From: Chrysomallon squamiferum
Taxonomy: Eukaryota > Animalia > Mollusca
Assembly (NCBI GenBank): GCA_012295275.1
Contig: CM022673.1
Location: forward strand, 930,001 to 994,000
Direction of reading: 5' to 3'
Length of the DNA stretch: 64,000 bases
Part shown: in pieces, positions 62,603 to 64,000 of the stretch
Position numbering within the stretch: the first letter of the stretch is position 1
Layout: every line of letters begins with the position of its first letter
Notes under the pieces: generated by a model
Databases searched by the model: none
What the model was told of the DNA's origin: nothing
What the model saw: only the letters and a program-made list of their open reading frames with translations
Made by a program: the position numbers and the translations under genes

Positions 62603-63508
62603 CTACGATGTACTCAAGTTTTTGTTAAATTTATAAAAGATTAATATTATTTAATTATATGAGTATGAATGTCTGCAAATGTGTATATGTCTGCGTGTTT
62701 CCGAAATGTTATTTTGTATTTACTATAAATTTATTACATATTGAAATAAATGTTATTATTCTAAAGAAACTGATTATTACTGTGATAAATAATTATCCGT
62801 TTTAAAAAATAATGATAATTTTAAAATATTGTTTCAGTTTATGTTTCAAATACTTTTTATTATAAATTTTTTTTTTTTTTTTTTTTACCTCAAGATGAGA
62901 TAACTCGTCCAAGCTTATATTAAGATTTTTAAAAACTATTTAGAGTTACGTTTCTTATATCATTATTAATTCGGATGGTGTGGAAGACATTTCTATTTGT
63001 TGTCGTTTGAAGTATTGCCTGCGCTGTATTTATTTATATATATATATTTATTTATTTATTTATGTTATTTCTGCACACGTGAAAATTACTGAAAAATTCA
63101 CATAAAACATAAATGCCCTAGCTTAGTAAAGTAACAACTAATTAATGTTGCTGGTTTTATTATTTAATTTTAAGTTTATCTCCAGTATCAATTATTTATT
63201 TGATGATTAGTAACTCCATTACTGTAAATATTTGTTTCTGTTTTCCAGCACTGACACACAGACAGACACATATACATGCAAATGCTCAAACCCATATGCA
63301 TACGCACATACAAATTTCGATCTGTTCGATAATTTTTATTCAAAGATGGACTCCGTGATTTTATAACTATAAGATAATATGGTGATATGTATCGCGCGCA
63401 CGCACACACACACACACACACGCAAAACACAAGCACACAAAAACACAGCACATAGCCACACACATATTAACTTACACATACAAAACCTATACTATGACGA
63501 CTTCTTAC

Positions 63509-63725
63509 TTTTTCAGGCAGTTTTGGGTTTTTTCTTAAAGCTGATGCTCTTGCGCTGGGGAGGGTTGGAGGGCTGACGGTGCAGGCACAGCTCGTTGACA
63601 AAGTACAGTCACATGATACACAGTCTCTGCCTTCATGCATTTTAACTGGACTGATCTGTGTCGAATAACAGTAATCACCAACATAAGGCTTAAATGCCTG
63701 AAGTCTCTTGTACGTATAATCAAGT
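63509..63725 (-). CDS. Putative internal exon of the same gene
   Basis: Acceptor acattttcag|, donor |gtaaga. Open frame LDYTYKRLQAFKPYVGDYCYSTQISPVKMHEGRDCVSCDCTLSTSCACTVSPPTLPSARASALRKNPKLPEK. Confidence 0.6.
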
Positions 63726-63835
63726 CTGAAAATGTAAATTTAATTTTCCAGTTTTCATATTTACACAAAAATTAAGGACAACTCTTGAAAATCATTTTGT
63801 ATTAAGGGCCATTTTGTTACTTACTGGCATCATAC

Positions 63836-63879
63836 CTTCTGATTTTTGCTCCTGTTATGATTAACAGCAATTTGGTGTC
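63836..63879 (-). CDS. Putative small upstream exon of the same gene
   Basis: atttag|DTKLLLIITGAKIR-AG|gtatga; phase 2 joins the 63725 acceptor in frame. The acceptor position is uncertain. Confidence 0.35.
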
Positions 63880-64000
63880 CTAAATTCTGTGTGCATGTGT
63901 GTGTGTGTGTGTGTGTCTCTGTGTATGTGTGTCAATATGTATATATGCATATGCTTATCTCTACATATGTATGTGTATATATGGATATATACATATACGT

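Noticed and set aside
62364-62636. 90-aa plus-strand ORF
   Set aside because: It is the antisense shadow of the better supported minus-strand terminal exon.
63535-63768. 77-aa minus-strand ORF in the track
   Set aside because: It is an alternative frame of the exon at 63509-63725 and stops before the strong donor, whereas the other frame is open and joins the next exon.

Overview
AT-rich, microsatellite-dense eukaryotic (invertebrate, probably molluscan) genomic DNA with spliced genes. Almost all ORFs in the supplied track are repeat artefacts. Manual exon assembly gives four genes. (1) The 3' end of a small Cys-rich, probably GPI-anchored protein gene (+, 312-1963). (2) A candidate secreted cysteine-rich cationic peptide precursor gene (-, coding exons 19174-19323 and 10321-10470; 99 aa; signal peptide, propeptide, KR, then a 6-Cys Arg-rich peptide) that I cannot assign to a family; this is the best novelty candidate. 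(3) A complete 14-exon arylsulfatase B/I/J-like gene (-, 34936-56565, about 483 aa, CTPSR motif) with a GC-AG intron and a 1-nt frameshift in a G homopolymer. (4) The 3' exons of an unrecognised gene at the right edge (-). The window also holds several minisatellites (18, 25, 26, 31 and 43 bp units), tRNA-derived SINE copies, a hAT MITE with TSD, a 144-bp foldback element and short local duplications. There is no CRISPR array, rRNA or intact tRNA. All calls were made by eye without database searches.
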